DNA of 62,455 nucleotides from Patescibacteria group bacterium (GTDB lineage Bacteria > Patescibacteriota > Microgenomatia > UBA1400 > MFAQ01): contig CALRDV010000006.1 in the NCBI GenBank assembly GCA_943355005.1, forward strand, positions 1 through 62,455, in the 5' to 3' direction. The notes beneath the pieces were generated by a model. The model saw nothing but the letters and a program-made list of their open reading frames with translations. It was not told where the DNA came from and made no database searches. The number at the start of each line of letters is the position of its first letter. Within the stretch, counting starts at the first letter, position 1. Shown here one piece after another: positions 18,637 through 26,797 of this stretch. The translations under genes and the position numbers were made by a program.

Positions 18637-20297
18637 AAAAAAATAAATACTATCCCTTAATCATTCTGTCAGCCATTTTCTTAATTGGCTTGTTTCTTAG
18701 GCTTTATCGAATAAATCTTAACAGCCCTGCTTTGTATGCCGACGAAACCGGGCAATACTTTGTTTTTAAATCAATACTCGAAGGCACATCATCCTTTATA
18801 GAGCACCTCATCAAGCTTTCCTTTTCTTTTACTTGGTTTTTGGGTTTAAAACCTTTGGGTGTGCGCTTACCTGCAGCAATATATGGTTCTTTGTTAATTC
18901 CATTGGTATATTTTCTAGGTTTATCTTTTTCTGGAGGAAAAAAGAACGAGTCCCTAGTCTTCGCGGGTATGACTGCGATAATCCCGTGGGACTTTATGAT
19001 CAGTCGTATCGGCCATTCCCACATTCCAATCATGATCTTTATGGTCTGCCTACATGTATTGCTTTATCACAGAGCCAAGACAATTAAAACCTATATATTG
19101 AGTTTCCTCCCATTAGGAGTAGCAATGGTATATTACCCTTCGGTTATTTTTATCGTTCCCTTTATTGTTATTCATTTTCTTTTGGAGATAAATAAGCTAT
19201 TTGACAGAAAATTTCGTCTACCGTTCTTTGCTGGTTTGGTCTCCTTAACTCTTGTATTCGGAGCTTTTTTGTCATTTCGTTTTCACTTATTTAGTGCGGG
19301 AGGCAGAGGTTTGGATTTAGTTATTTGGAACGATGTAAACACACCTTGGCAGACGGATAAGTATCGCGCTCTTTCCTGGAACTCGGAACCTACCGTGTTT
19401 TCTTTTGGGCTACCACCAGAGAAGTTGGCCAATAAGCTGGTTTACAACCGGGCTATGGCGAACCTTTCTACTTTTGCTCATAACTATTTCACTTTCTTCT
19501 CGCCTGACTGGCTATTCTTCAAAGGGGACGCTATCTTACGTCACTCTACTGGCCAAGTGGGGGCATTTTATCCTTTCCTGATTCCCTTTATGCTCTATGG
19601 AGCCTTTGTTTTCTTCAAAGTGGCAGATAAGAAAACAAAGCAGATATTTCTTATTTGGATTCTTGCTTCTCCGATACCTGCAGCCATCACCAAAGACGGC
19701 GCAGGTTACCTTCTCAGAGTTGTCACCGTGCTACCCTTCCTGACATATTTCTGTGCCTTAGGGATAGTGGAATCATTTAATCTGATTAAGAAGAATTTAA
19801 GGATTCCCTACGGAATCATTGTCGGACTTATTGGCCTTTACTCCGCCTACTATTTCTTTTTTGGCTACTTTCATGTTTACCCTTCGCTATCCGCCCGTAG
19901 TTACGAGTATGGCTTCAAAGAGCTGTCGGACTTTCAGGTGGCTAATAATAATGCTCCGATGCTTGTAATCTGGGACGGGTATTATCACAATAATGATTTT
20001 CGTTTTTGGCAGGCCACTCCATTTAGTGAATACAGCTCCTTCAAAATCAAAGAAACTGTAATAGGGGAGTCACACTTCAATCAAACCTTCACCAATCTGT
20101 ATTTTGTAAACCCCAAATCCCTCAACGATCTTCAACGATTCTTAAGTGTTTTTCCGATCAAATACATCGTACTCCCTGACCGATACTTCATAAATTATCC
20201 AACTGAGATAGACGCAGAGTTTGCCACACCATCTGCCGTCATTAAATATCCAGACCAAACTCCTGCCCTAAGAGTCTATAATCTAGAACCAAAATAG
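18633..20297 (+). CDS. GT-C fold membrane glycosyltransferase (GT39/GT83, ArnT/PMT-like)
   Basis: TM1 followed by NSPALYADETGQYF (loop-1 DE motif), multi-TM core, ~150-aa C-terminal soluble domain. Confidence 0.65.
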   Translation: MKKNKYYPLIILSAIFLIGLFLRLYRINLNSPALYADETGQYFVFKSILEGTSSFIEHLIKLSFSFTWFLGLKPLGVRLPAAIYGSLLIPLVYFLGLSFSGGKKNESLVFAGMTAIIPWDFMISRIGHSHIPIMIFMVCLHVLLYHRAKTIKTYILSFLPLGVAMVYYPSVIFIVPFIVIHFLLEINKLFDRKFRLPFFAGLVSLTLVFGAFLSFRFHLFSAGGRGLDLVIWNDVNTPWQTDKYRALSWNSEPTVFSFGLPPEKLANKLVYNRAMANLSTFAHNYFTFFSPDWLFFKGDAILRHSTGQVGAFYPFLIPFMLYGAFVFFKVADKKTKQIFLIWILASPIPAAITKDGAGYLLRVVTVLPFLTYFCALGIVESFNLIKKNLRIPYGIIVGLIGLYSAYYFFFGYFHVYPSLSARSYEYGFKELSDFQVANNNAPMLVIWDGYYHNNDFRFWQATPFSEYSSFKIKETVIGESHFNQTFTNLYFVNPKSLNDLQRFLSVFPIKYIVLPDRYFINYPTEIDAEFATPSAVIKYPDQTPALRVYNLEPK

Positions 20298-20341
20298 GCA
20301 TAAATGCACGAAAACAGCTAAAAAAGGCAAAATTTAGGCAC

Positions 20342-20377
20342 GAACTGTTAATACTTCACTATGAACTGTTAACACTT
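20342..20377 (+). promoter_or_regulatory. Direct repeat GAACTGTTAA(T/C)ACTT x2, candidate operator upstream of the wHTH-ComF-like gene
   Basis: gaactgttaatactt (20342-20356) and gaactgttaacactt (20363-20377), 21-bp register, just upstream of TATAAT at 20389-20394. Confidence 0.4.
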
Positions 20378-20400
20378 AACAAATAAGCTATAATATACCT

Positions 20401-21399
20401 ATGTCCGACCCAAGTTACACTCAAAGGATTCTAAATTTCATTCAGGCACGAGGTCAAACTCGTGTAGAGGATTTGTGGCGTGAATTTAAGATAAGTAAGG
20501 TCCTGATTCATCGATATCTCAAGAAACTACTTCACCTAGGTCAAATAGCTAGAGTCGGGAAACCACCGTTGGTTTTTTATGTCTATATGAATGGCGATCT
20601 TGTCAATCCGCCTCAAAAATTGGAAATTTCTAAAAAAATCAAAGACATCATAGAAAATGATTATCTATATGTTTCTCCTTTGGGTGAAATTATTCCGGGA
20701 GTCAATGGCTTTATGCGCTGGGTAAAAGATATTAAAGAGGAAAAACACGCTGTAAATCTGGCAATTGAATATGTCAAAACAAGAACAGAGGCCAATGCCT
20801 ACATTAACCGTTTTGGATACATCAATGCCATCAAAAGAATAAAAAGTGTGTTCCCGGATACAAAGCTTTACAGAATGTATTATCTCGATTTTTATAGTCT
20901 TCCAAAATTTGGAAAAACAAAGATGGGACAACTAGTACTCTACGCCAAACAAGCACAAAAAATCTCCCTGATTGAAGAAATAGTTCCTCAGTTTCATAGA
21001 GTGGTCGAAGACCTTATCAAGAGGTACAAGGTTGACGCGGTTGGTTTTATTCCTCCTACTGTACCTAGAAAATTTCAGTTTCAAAAAGAAATGGAAAAAA
21101 TCATGAAGATCAAACTTCACAAAGTGGAACTGGTTAAAGCATACGTGGGAGATATTCCTGTGGCACAAAAATCGTTGTCCAAACTTGAAGACAGAATCAC
21201 AAACGCCAGAGGATCTATTTTTCTAAAAGATGAAACTAATAAGCACAAAACAATTCTTCTTATTGATGATGCAGTTGGGTCCGGTGCAACACTAAACGAA
21301 ACAGCTGCCAAAATTATTCAAACAGGCATGGCTAAAAAGGTCATCGGCCTTGCGGTAGTCGGAAGCTATAAAGGCTTTGAAGTTATCAGAGAAATTTAA
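20401..21399 (+). CDS. wHTH-fused ComF-like phosphoribosyltransferase-domain protein
   Basis: N-terminal wHTH-like RILNFIQARGQTRVEDLWREFKISKVLIHRYLKKLLHLGQIARVG. C-terminal ComF pattern: PVAQKSLSKLEDRITNARGSIF then the PRTase loop ILLIDDAVGSGATLNE. Confidence 0.7.
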   Translation: MSDPSYTQRILNFIQARGQTRVEDLWREFKISKVLIHRYLKKLLHLGQIARVGKPPLVFYVYMNGDLVNPPQKLEISKKIKDIIENDYLYVSPLGEIIPGVNGFMRWVKDIKEEKHAVNLAIEYVKTRTEANAYINRFGYINAIKRIKSVFPDTKLYRMYYLDFYSLPKFGKTKMGQLVLYAKQAQKISLIEEIVPQFHRVVEDLIKRYKVDAVGFIPPTVPRKFQFQKEMEKIMKIKLHKVELVKAYVGDIPVAQKSLSKLEDRITNARGSIFLKDETNKHKTILLIDDAVGSGATLNETAAKIIQTGMAKKVIGLAVVGSYKGFEVIREI

Positions 21400-22084
21400 G
21401 TTCAAAACTGAGTTTTATAAGGTCTGAAAGACAAGCAAATAGCTGAAGAACGCTTACCTTGTCATTTCGATTATTCTTATTCTGCTGAATATCAACAGTT
21501 ATAAGCTTGGCGCCTTTTTTGACGGACCGGACGAGTCTCTCTGCTTCGGCAAAGACTGACTTAGACTTGGTCTCGTCTACATTGTATTTAGAAATCTTTA
21601 CCAGTTTTACTGTTCCCGCGTCATACACTTTGACTCCGGTCAAAATCCATACTAAATTATTGTAGAGGTTCGAAACAATATTTCTCTTTAGCGTATAGTT
21701 TTTAAACTTTCGGTTCCCGACAACAATGTCGGCTTTTTCTTGCTTCATGGCCTTGTAGAATTCTTGTAGTACTTGCATATCGATGTCACCATCTGCGCCA
21801 TTGAAGAATACCAGCTCATTCTTTGCCAGCTTATACAAATCGCGCAGGCTTTGTTCGATACCCAAATTCTCCTTGTGGTGGAAAACTTTAAGCTCGGGCA
21901 TATTCAATTTTTCTAGAATATCTATGGTGTTATCTGTACTAAAGTCATCCATCACAAGTATTTCGAAATCCTTAGTGATGCTTTTGACTGCGTCTCTGGC
22001 ATCCAATACCACTTTTTTTATAGTCTTAGCTTCGTCCAGAGCGGGGATTACGATGGAAATAGCGGGGTGTTTCTCGATTTTCAT
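21386..22084 (-). CDS. GT2 polyprenyl-phosphate glycosyltransferase (DPM1/GtrB/ArnC-like)
   Basis: ISIVIPALDEAKTI..FEILVMDDFSTDNT, FFNGADGDID. Start set at the ATG at 22084 (MKIEKH), leaving a 33-bp divergent spacer to 22118. Confidence 0.75.
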   Translation of the reverse strand: MKIEKHPAISIVIPALDEAKTIKKVVLDARDAVKSITKDFEILVMDDFSTDNTIDILEKLNMPELKVFHHKENLGIEQSLRDLYKLAKNELVFFNGADGDIDMQVLQEFYKAMKQEKADIVVGNRKFKNYTLKRNIVSNLYNNLVWILTGVKVYDAGTVKLVKISKYNVDETKSKSVFAEAERLVRSVKKGAKLITVDIQQNKNNRNDKVSVLQLFACLSDLIKLSFELKFL

Positions 22085-22117
22085 GTATAGATAAGAATTA
22101 TATAATGAGCTAATCAA

Positions 22118-23881
22118 ATGAAAAAAATAATAAATCTCTGGCCTTATATCCTGATAATAATATTGGCTATTTTTATTCGTTTTGTAAATCTAGACAAAGT
22201 TCCTTCCTCTCTCTACTACGACGAGCTTGATGTCGGCTACCAGGCTAGATCTTTTTTGGAAACCGGAAAAGATTACAGGGGTGGCTTTTCTCCTTTTTAC
22301 TTTCGATCGTTCAACGCAGATGGAACCCCTCTCCCTGTCTTGATTACAGCCTTAACTTCTTTATTTTTTACTTCTCCGGAATATCAAATCCGGTCTGGGG
22401 CTGCCACGGTCGGAGTTCTAGTTGTCTTGGTTGCCATGATTCTGGTATTCCAGGTGACGAGGTCAAAATGGGCCGCCGTCATCGCCGGACTGGTTTTCAC
22501 TTTTTCACCTTGGAATCTGCACTTTAGTCGATTAGCTTTTCAGGCCGAGCACGCCCTACTCTTTCTTCTTGCTTTTATTGCCATTTTTTATCACTGGCTA
22601 AAAATCAAGTCCAATACCGCTTTTTTCGCGTCGGCTATTGTCCTGGGGCTCTCAATCTATACCTACCGCACCATGAGTTTCTTGTCTCCGGTACTCATGG
22701 TTTTCACTCTTCTTTATTTTTACAAAGACTTTATCGCCTTTGGTATTCGGAAATCTTTGGCTTGGATTTTCCTAGTCTTACTCTTTATTATTCCTTTTCT
22801 CTATGCCACTACTATTGCTTCCAAAGATCAGACCAGGATAAGCCAAATCTCCATCTTCTCTGACCCCATGACTCCGATAGAGGTGCAGCGAAGCCGTGAG
22901 CTGGTCTCAGGTAATTTCCAAGATCCGACCCTGGGGCAGACAGCCACTCTCCAGTCCAAAGTCTTTCATAACAAGCTCTTGAGCTATATCGAGAAACTTC
23001 GAAATAATACTTTCAATAATTTTTCTCCGGATTTTCTTTTTCTTTCCGGTGATCCGAACGGCCGCCACTCACCCAAAAATACCGGGGAGCTTCTCTTCCT
23101 GGATATTCTTCCACTGATTGCCGGGCTTTACTTTGTATTCCAAAACATCAAAGACAAGCGGTATTCATATTTACTTATTTTGCTTTTCCTTGGAGCCGCT
23201 CCCTCAAACCTAACATTGGATGGTTCCAATCACGCTTCTCGTCTCATTACTTTCTCCGGACCTCTACTAATAATTGTTTCACTCGGCTATTTCTCACTTA
23301 TTTCTTTTCTTTCGCGTCAGAAATGGGGACGTATAACTTCCGGTATCTTGATAGGCTTCTGGCTCTTTGCTGTAGCTCAGTTTCTTAGTAAATATTTTTA
23401 TGAATTCCCGATAGTAAACTCTAGGGAGTTCGGATATGGCTACAAAGAAGCCATTCAAAAAATCAATATTCTCGCGGGGGACTACGACCAAATTTATTTG
23501 AGCGATATCAATGATCCACCTATGCTCTATTACTTTTACTGGGCCAATATTCCACCGGCTGAAGTTCAGAATTATGGCACCGACTTTAGTATTGAAGTCA
23601 TTAAAGGTTTGCCATTGGACAAGGTCAAACCTTATCACACAGAAATTCCCCTGTGCTACGAAAGTGTGATTGAAGGTTTGAAGCCCAATATTCTATACAT
23701 GGTCTCTCATAAAAATTTACCCATGGACTTCCGCTCTGTGGACAAAGACAAAGTCCCGACCGGACTCAAGCTTATAGATGTAATCAAATATCCGGACAAC
23801 GAAGTCGCATATTACCTAGTTACTAGAGACAGTATTGGTGCTAAGCTAGTAAATCCTATCAAAGGTCAAAAATGTCCATAA
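22118..23881 (+). CDS. GT-C fold membrane glycosyltransferase (ArnT/PMT_2-like)
   Basis: TM1 then VPSSLYYDELDVGYQARSF (loop-1 DE motif), at least 10 TM helices, ~170-aa soluble C-terminus. Confidence 0.7.
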   Translation: MKKIINLWPYILIIILAIFIRFVNLDKVPSSLYYDELDVGYQARSFLETGKDYRGGFSPFYFRSFNADGTPLPVLITALTSLFFTSPEYQIRSGAATVGVLVVLVAMILVFQVTRSKWAAVIAGLVFTFSPWNLHFSRLAFQAEHALLFLLAFIAIFYHWLKIKSNTAFFASAIVLGLSIYTYRTMSFLSPVLMVFTLLYFYKDFIAFGIRKSLAWIFLVLLFIIPFLYATTIASKDQTRISQISIFSDPMTPIEVQRSRELVSGNFQDPTLGQTATLQSKVFHNKLLSYIEKLRNNTFNNFSPDFLFLSGDPNGRHSPKNTGELLFLDILPLIAGLYFVFQNIKDKRYSYLLILLFLGAAPSNLTLDGSNHASRLITFSGPLLIIVSLGYFSLISFLSRQKWGRITSGILIGFWLFAVAQFLSKYFYEFPIVNSREFGYGYKEAIQKINILAGDYDQIYLSDINDPPMLYYFYWANIPPAEVQNYGTDFSIEVIKGLPLDKVKPYHTEIPLCYESVIEGLKPNILYMVSHKNLPMDFRSVDKDKVPTGLKLIDVIKYPDNEVAYYLVTRDSIGAKLVNPIKGQKCP

Positions 23882-23882
23882 T

Positions 23883-24818
23883 ATGAAAATACTTGTCACT
23901 GGAGGAGCAGGGTTTGTTGGTTCCCATCTTTGTACTCGTCTAATTGAGGATTGTCACAAGGTAATTTGTTTAGACAATCTTTACACCGGAAGAGTAGAGA
24001 ACATAGAACCCCTGATGGAGAATGATAACTTTACTTTTGTCCAGCAAGACATCCTAGAGCACCTAGATATTTCAAACCTTGACCGTATTTACAATCTTGC
24101 TTGTCCTGCTTCACCGCCGGCTTATCAAAGTGACCCCATCTATACTTTCAAGACTTCGGTGCTCGGCATTATGAATATGATTGACCTCAGTATTGCCAAT
24201 GGAAATATTCCACTTCTTCAAGCTTCAACTTCTGAGATTTACGGCGATCCCGCAGTCAATCCTCAGCCGGAAAGTTACTGGGGCAATGTCAACCCTATTG
24301 GTATTCGCTCTTGTTATGACGAAGGCAAGCGGGCTGCTGAAACTATATTGATGGATTATTATCGAGGCAAGAAACTTCCCATTAGAATTGTCAGAATATT
24401 TAACACCTACGGACCAAACATGGATCCTCAAGATGGTCGCGTAGTAAGCAACTTCATCACTCAAGCCCTGAATAATCACAAACTTACAATGTACGGTGAT
24501 GGAGAACAGACCAGGAGTTTCCAGTATGTCTCAGATCTCATTGAGGGGATGATTCGCATGATGGAAAACGAGAAAGATTTTATTGGTCCGGTAAATCTAG
24601 GTAATCCCGAAGAATACACCATGAAAGAATTGGCAAAATTGATTCTCGAACTTATTCCGGAATCCAAAAGCAAAATAGTACACAAGAAATTACCTTCCGA
24701 TGACCCCAAAGTCCGGAAACCTGATATCGCACTCGCCAAGGAAAAACTTGGCTGGGAGCCGACAGTGCCTGTCCGAGAAGGTCTTCTGAAAACCATCGAC
24801 TACTTCCGAAGTTTGTAG
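23883..24818 (+). CDS. uxs: UDP-glucuronate decarboxylase (UDP-xylose synthase)
   Basis: MKILVTGGAGFVGSHLC..LDNLYTG, SCYDEGKRAAE (YxxxK), RIFNTYGPNM..DGRVVSNFI, all typical of UXS/ArnA-decarboxylase-type SDRs. Confidence 0.88.
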   Translation: MKILVTGGAGFVGSHLCTRLIEDCHKVICLDNLYTGRVENIEPLMENDNFTFVQQDILEHLDISNLDRIYNLACPASPPAYQSDPIYTFKTSVLGIMNMIDLSIANGNIPLLQASTSEIYGDPAVNPQPESYWGNVNPIGIRSCYDEGKRAAETILMDYYRGKKLPIRIVRIFNTYGPNMDPQDGRVVSNFITQALNNHKLTMYGDGEQTRSFQYVSDLIEGMIRMMENEKDFIGPVNLGNPEEYTMKELAKLILELIPESKSKIVHKKLPSDDPKVRKPDIALAKEKLGWEPTVPVREGLLKTIDYFRSL

Positions 24819-24840
24819 ATTAATCTGTAAACCCATAGTT

Positions 24841-24865
24841 GTCATTCCGGGCTTGACCCGGAATC
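24841..24865 (+). repeat. GTCATTCCGGG..CCCGGAATC hairpin repeat
   Basis: gtcattccgggcttgacccggaatc followed by TATA as in the 47703 copy; 22 nt after the uxs stop. Confidence 0.85.
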
Positions 24866-24963
24866 TATACAGAGTTTCAATTGTTAACAAAAATAAACAA
24901 GTAAACCTTGCTTTCGGGTAATGTTTGGTATTAAATAGTGTTAGTTAACATTTATATTGAGCT

Positions 24964-25797
24964 ATGGAAAACGATAGAGAAGTGGCTTTATTTGAGAGGA
25001 AGCATGTTAGGAGAGTTTGGTATAAAAAAGAATGGTGGTTCTCGGTTATTGATGTAATTTCAATTTTAAGCGAAAGCAGTATTCCAAGGAGGTATTGGTC
25101 CGACCTAAAACAAAAAATCGTCATAGAGGGTCATGCTCAACTGTACGAAAATATCGTACAGTTGAGAGTAAGATCTGCAGATTTAAAAAGAAGGATTACT
25201 GATTGTGCAAATACCTCAACCATGTTGAGAATCATACAGTCAATTCCATCTCCCAAAGCCGAACCGTTTAAGCAATGGTTAGCAAGAATCGGAAAAGACA
25301 GAATTGATGAAATAAACGATCCTGAACTTGCTATGGCAAGAATGAAGGATCTGTATGAAAAGAAGGGTTATTCCAAGGAATGGATAGAAAAAAGATCTCG
25401 TGGAATTGCGGTGCGGCAAGAATTTACAACGGAGTGGAAAGATCGAGGAATTAAAAACAGTCAAGAATTTGCCATCCTTACCAACGAAATTATGCAAGGA
25501 ACTTTTGAAATGAAAGTTAAAGAGTACAAGGGCTTTAAGGGTTTGGAAAAAGAGAATCTCAGAGACCACATGAACGATCTCGAGTTAATCTTAACCATGC
25601 TTGCGGAGGCTACGACTACGAAACTCCATCAGGAAAGGGATTCTCATGGCTTTCATCCCATCAAAACTGATGCTAAAGAGGGTGGTGAAATTGCCGGAAA
25701 TACCAGAAAGCAGATCGAGAAAGCTAGTAATTCAAAAGTAAGTTCAAAACAAAATTATCTAAAATCACAGCAAAAAATAAAAACCAAGATTGGCTAA
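24964..25797 (+). CDS. Bro-N/DinD-like DNA-binding (antirepressor-family) protein
   Basis: N-terminus VRRVWYKKEWWFSVIDVISIL (Bro-N-like), central SPKAEPFKQWLARIG..DPELA, LRDHMNDLELI. Confidence 0.6.
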   Translation: MENDREVALFERKHVRRVWYKKEWWFSVIDVISILSESSIPRRYWSDLKQKIVIEGHAQLYENIVQLRVRSADLKRRITDCANTSTMLRIIQSIPSPKAEPFKQWLARIGKDRIDEINDPELAMARMKDLYEKKGYSKEWIEKRSRGIAVRQEFTTEWKDRGIKNSQEFAILTNEIMQGTFEMKVKEYKGFKGLEKENLRDHMNDLELILTMLAEATTTKLHQERDSHGFHPIKTDAKEGGEIAGNTRKQIEKASNSKVSSKQNYLKSQQKIKTKIG

Positions 25798-25850
25798 TAT
25801 CTACTAATATCTCCTAACATTAACTAATATATACTAATATTAACTAATGA
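25794..25850 (+). repeat. Six CTAATAT-like heptamers at an exact 10-bp period
   Basis: CTAATAT at 25794, 25804, 25824 and 25834; CTAACAT at 25814; CTAATGA at 25844. The array spans the Bro-N stop to the Fic ATG (25847). Confidence 0.75.
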
Positions 25851-26785
25851 AATACCAATGGCAGATATCTTCGGAAATAAATCAGTTGCTCATCAAGCTG
25901 GAAGCGCAAAAGATTTCCCTAGATAATATTAAACAGTTGCCTCATATCGAGCTAGCTATCCGAGCTAGGTCTATTTTGAGAAGTGCGGTATACTCCGCGA
26001 GAATAGAAGGGTTCCCTGACGAAGAGTCCTATCCAAAAAAGGAAAGCCAAAATCTACTGGTGGCATACAACCATATCCACTCTACTTCTCTGAAAGTGCT
26101 GAGTCTGGCCGAAATAAAATCACTTCATAAGCAGGTAATGTTTAACTTGTCCAATTCTGCCGGTACGTATCGTTCTGAACCTTGGGCTATTTTTGATAAG
26201 GCAGGAAACGCGGTGTATCTGGCACCTATGCATTTCGATGTTCCAAAACTTATGGATGAATACATGGTGGATATTGTTGGACTAAAAGATCACCCTGCTG
26301 TGGTCGCCGGAGTAGCTCAGTTTATATTCGAAAAGATTCACCCCTTTGCCGATGGCAATGGGCGCGTGGGCAGATTGATTTCCGCCTATATCTTGACCCA
26401 AAAGGGATATGGCTTAAGAGGACTCATACCTTTTGAAAAGTATATTGAGTCTCACAGAGAACAATATTATGTTGCCTTGGAAAGTAGTAGAGAGATATCT
26501 GAATTTATTAAATTTTTCTTGGAAGCTCTCACTTCAGAAATTACTGAGATTATTGGCGCACTCAGTATTCGGGAAGAGAAAAGAGAAGATTTGTTGCTCC
26601 CCAGGCGAAGAGAAATCTTTAATATAATTTCCGACCATCCTCTGTGTGGATTTGATTTAATACGTAGAAGATTCTTGGTGGTAAATGAAAAAACCTTAAA
26701 ATACGACATCTCTCAGCTTCTTAAAAAAGGCTTCATTGAAAAAATTGGAGCCACCAAAGGAGTTCTCTACAAAAAATCCGTGTAA
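25847..26785 (+). CDS. fic: Fic-domain protein (class II, auto-inhibited AMPylator type) with C-terminal wHTH
   Basis: Canonical Fic motif HPFADGNGRVGRLI. An upstream SARIEG fits the (S/T)xxxE(G/N) inhibitory helix. C-terminal RREIFNIISDH..LKKGFIEKIG is wHTH-like. Confidence 0.9.
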   Translation: MKYQWQISSEINQLLIKLEAQKISLDNIKQLPHIELAIRARSILRSAVYSARIEGFPDEESYPKKESQNLLVAYNHIHSTSLKVLSLAEIKSLHKQVMFNLSNSAGTYRSEPWAIFDKAGNAVYLAPMHFDVPKLMDEYMVDIVGLKDHPAVVAGVAQFIFEKIHPFADGNGRVGRLISAYILTQKGYGLRGLIPFEKYIESHREQYYVALESSREISEFIKFFLEALTSEITEIIGALSIREEKREDLLLPRRREIFNIISDHPLCGFDLIRRRFLVVNEKTLKYDISQLLKKGFIEKIGATKGVLYKKSV

Positions 26786-26797
26786 AATGTACGCACT

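Noticed and set aside
20342-24949. TGTTAA(C)-containing motifs upstream of both HTH-type genes (20342/20363 repeats; TTGTTAACAA 24881-24890; GTTAAC 24944-24949) as a shared regulon signal
   Set aside because: The shared core is only 6-7 nt in AT-rich DNA, so the link between the two sites is not supportable without genome-wide statistics. Each site is reported only in its local context.
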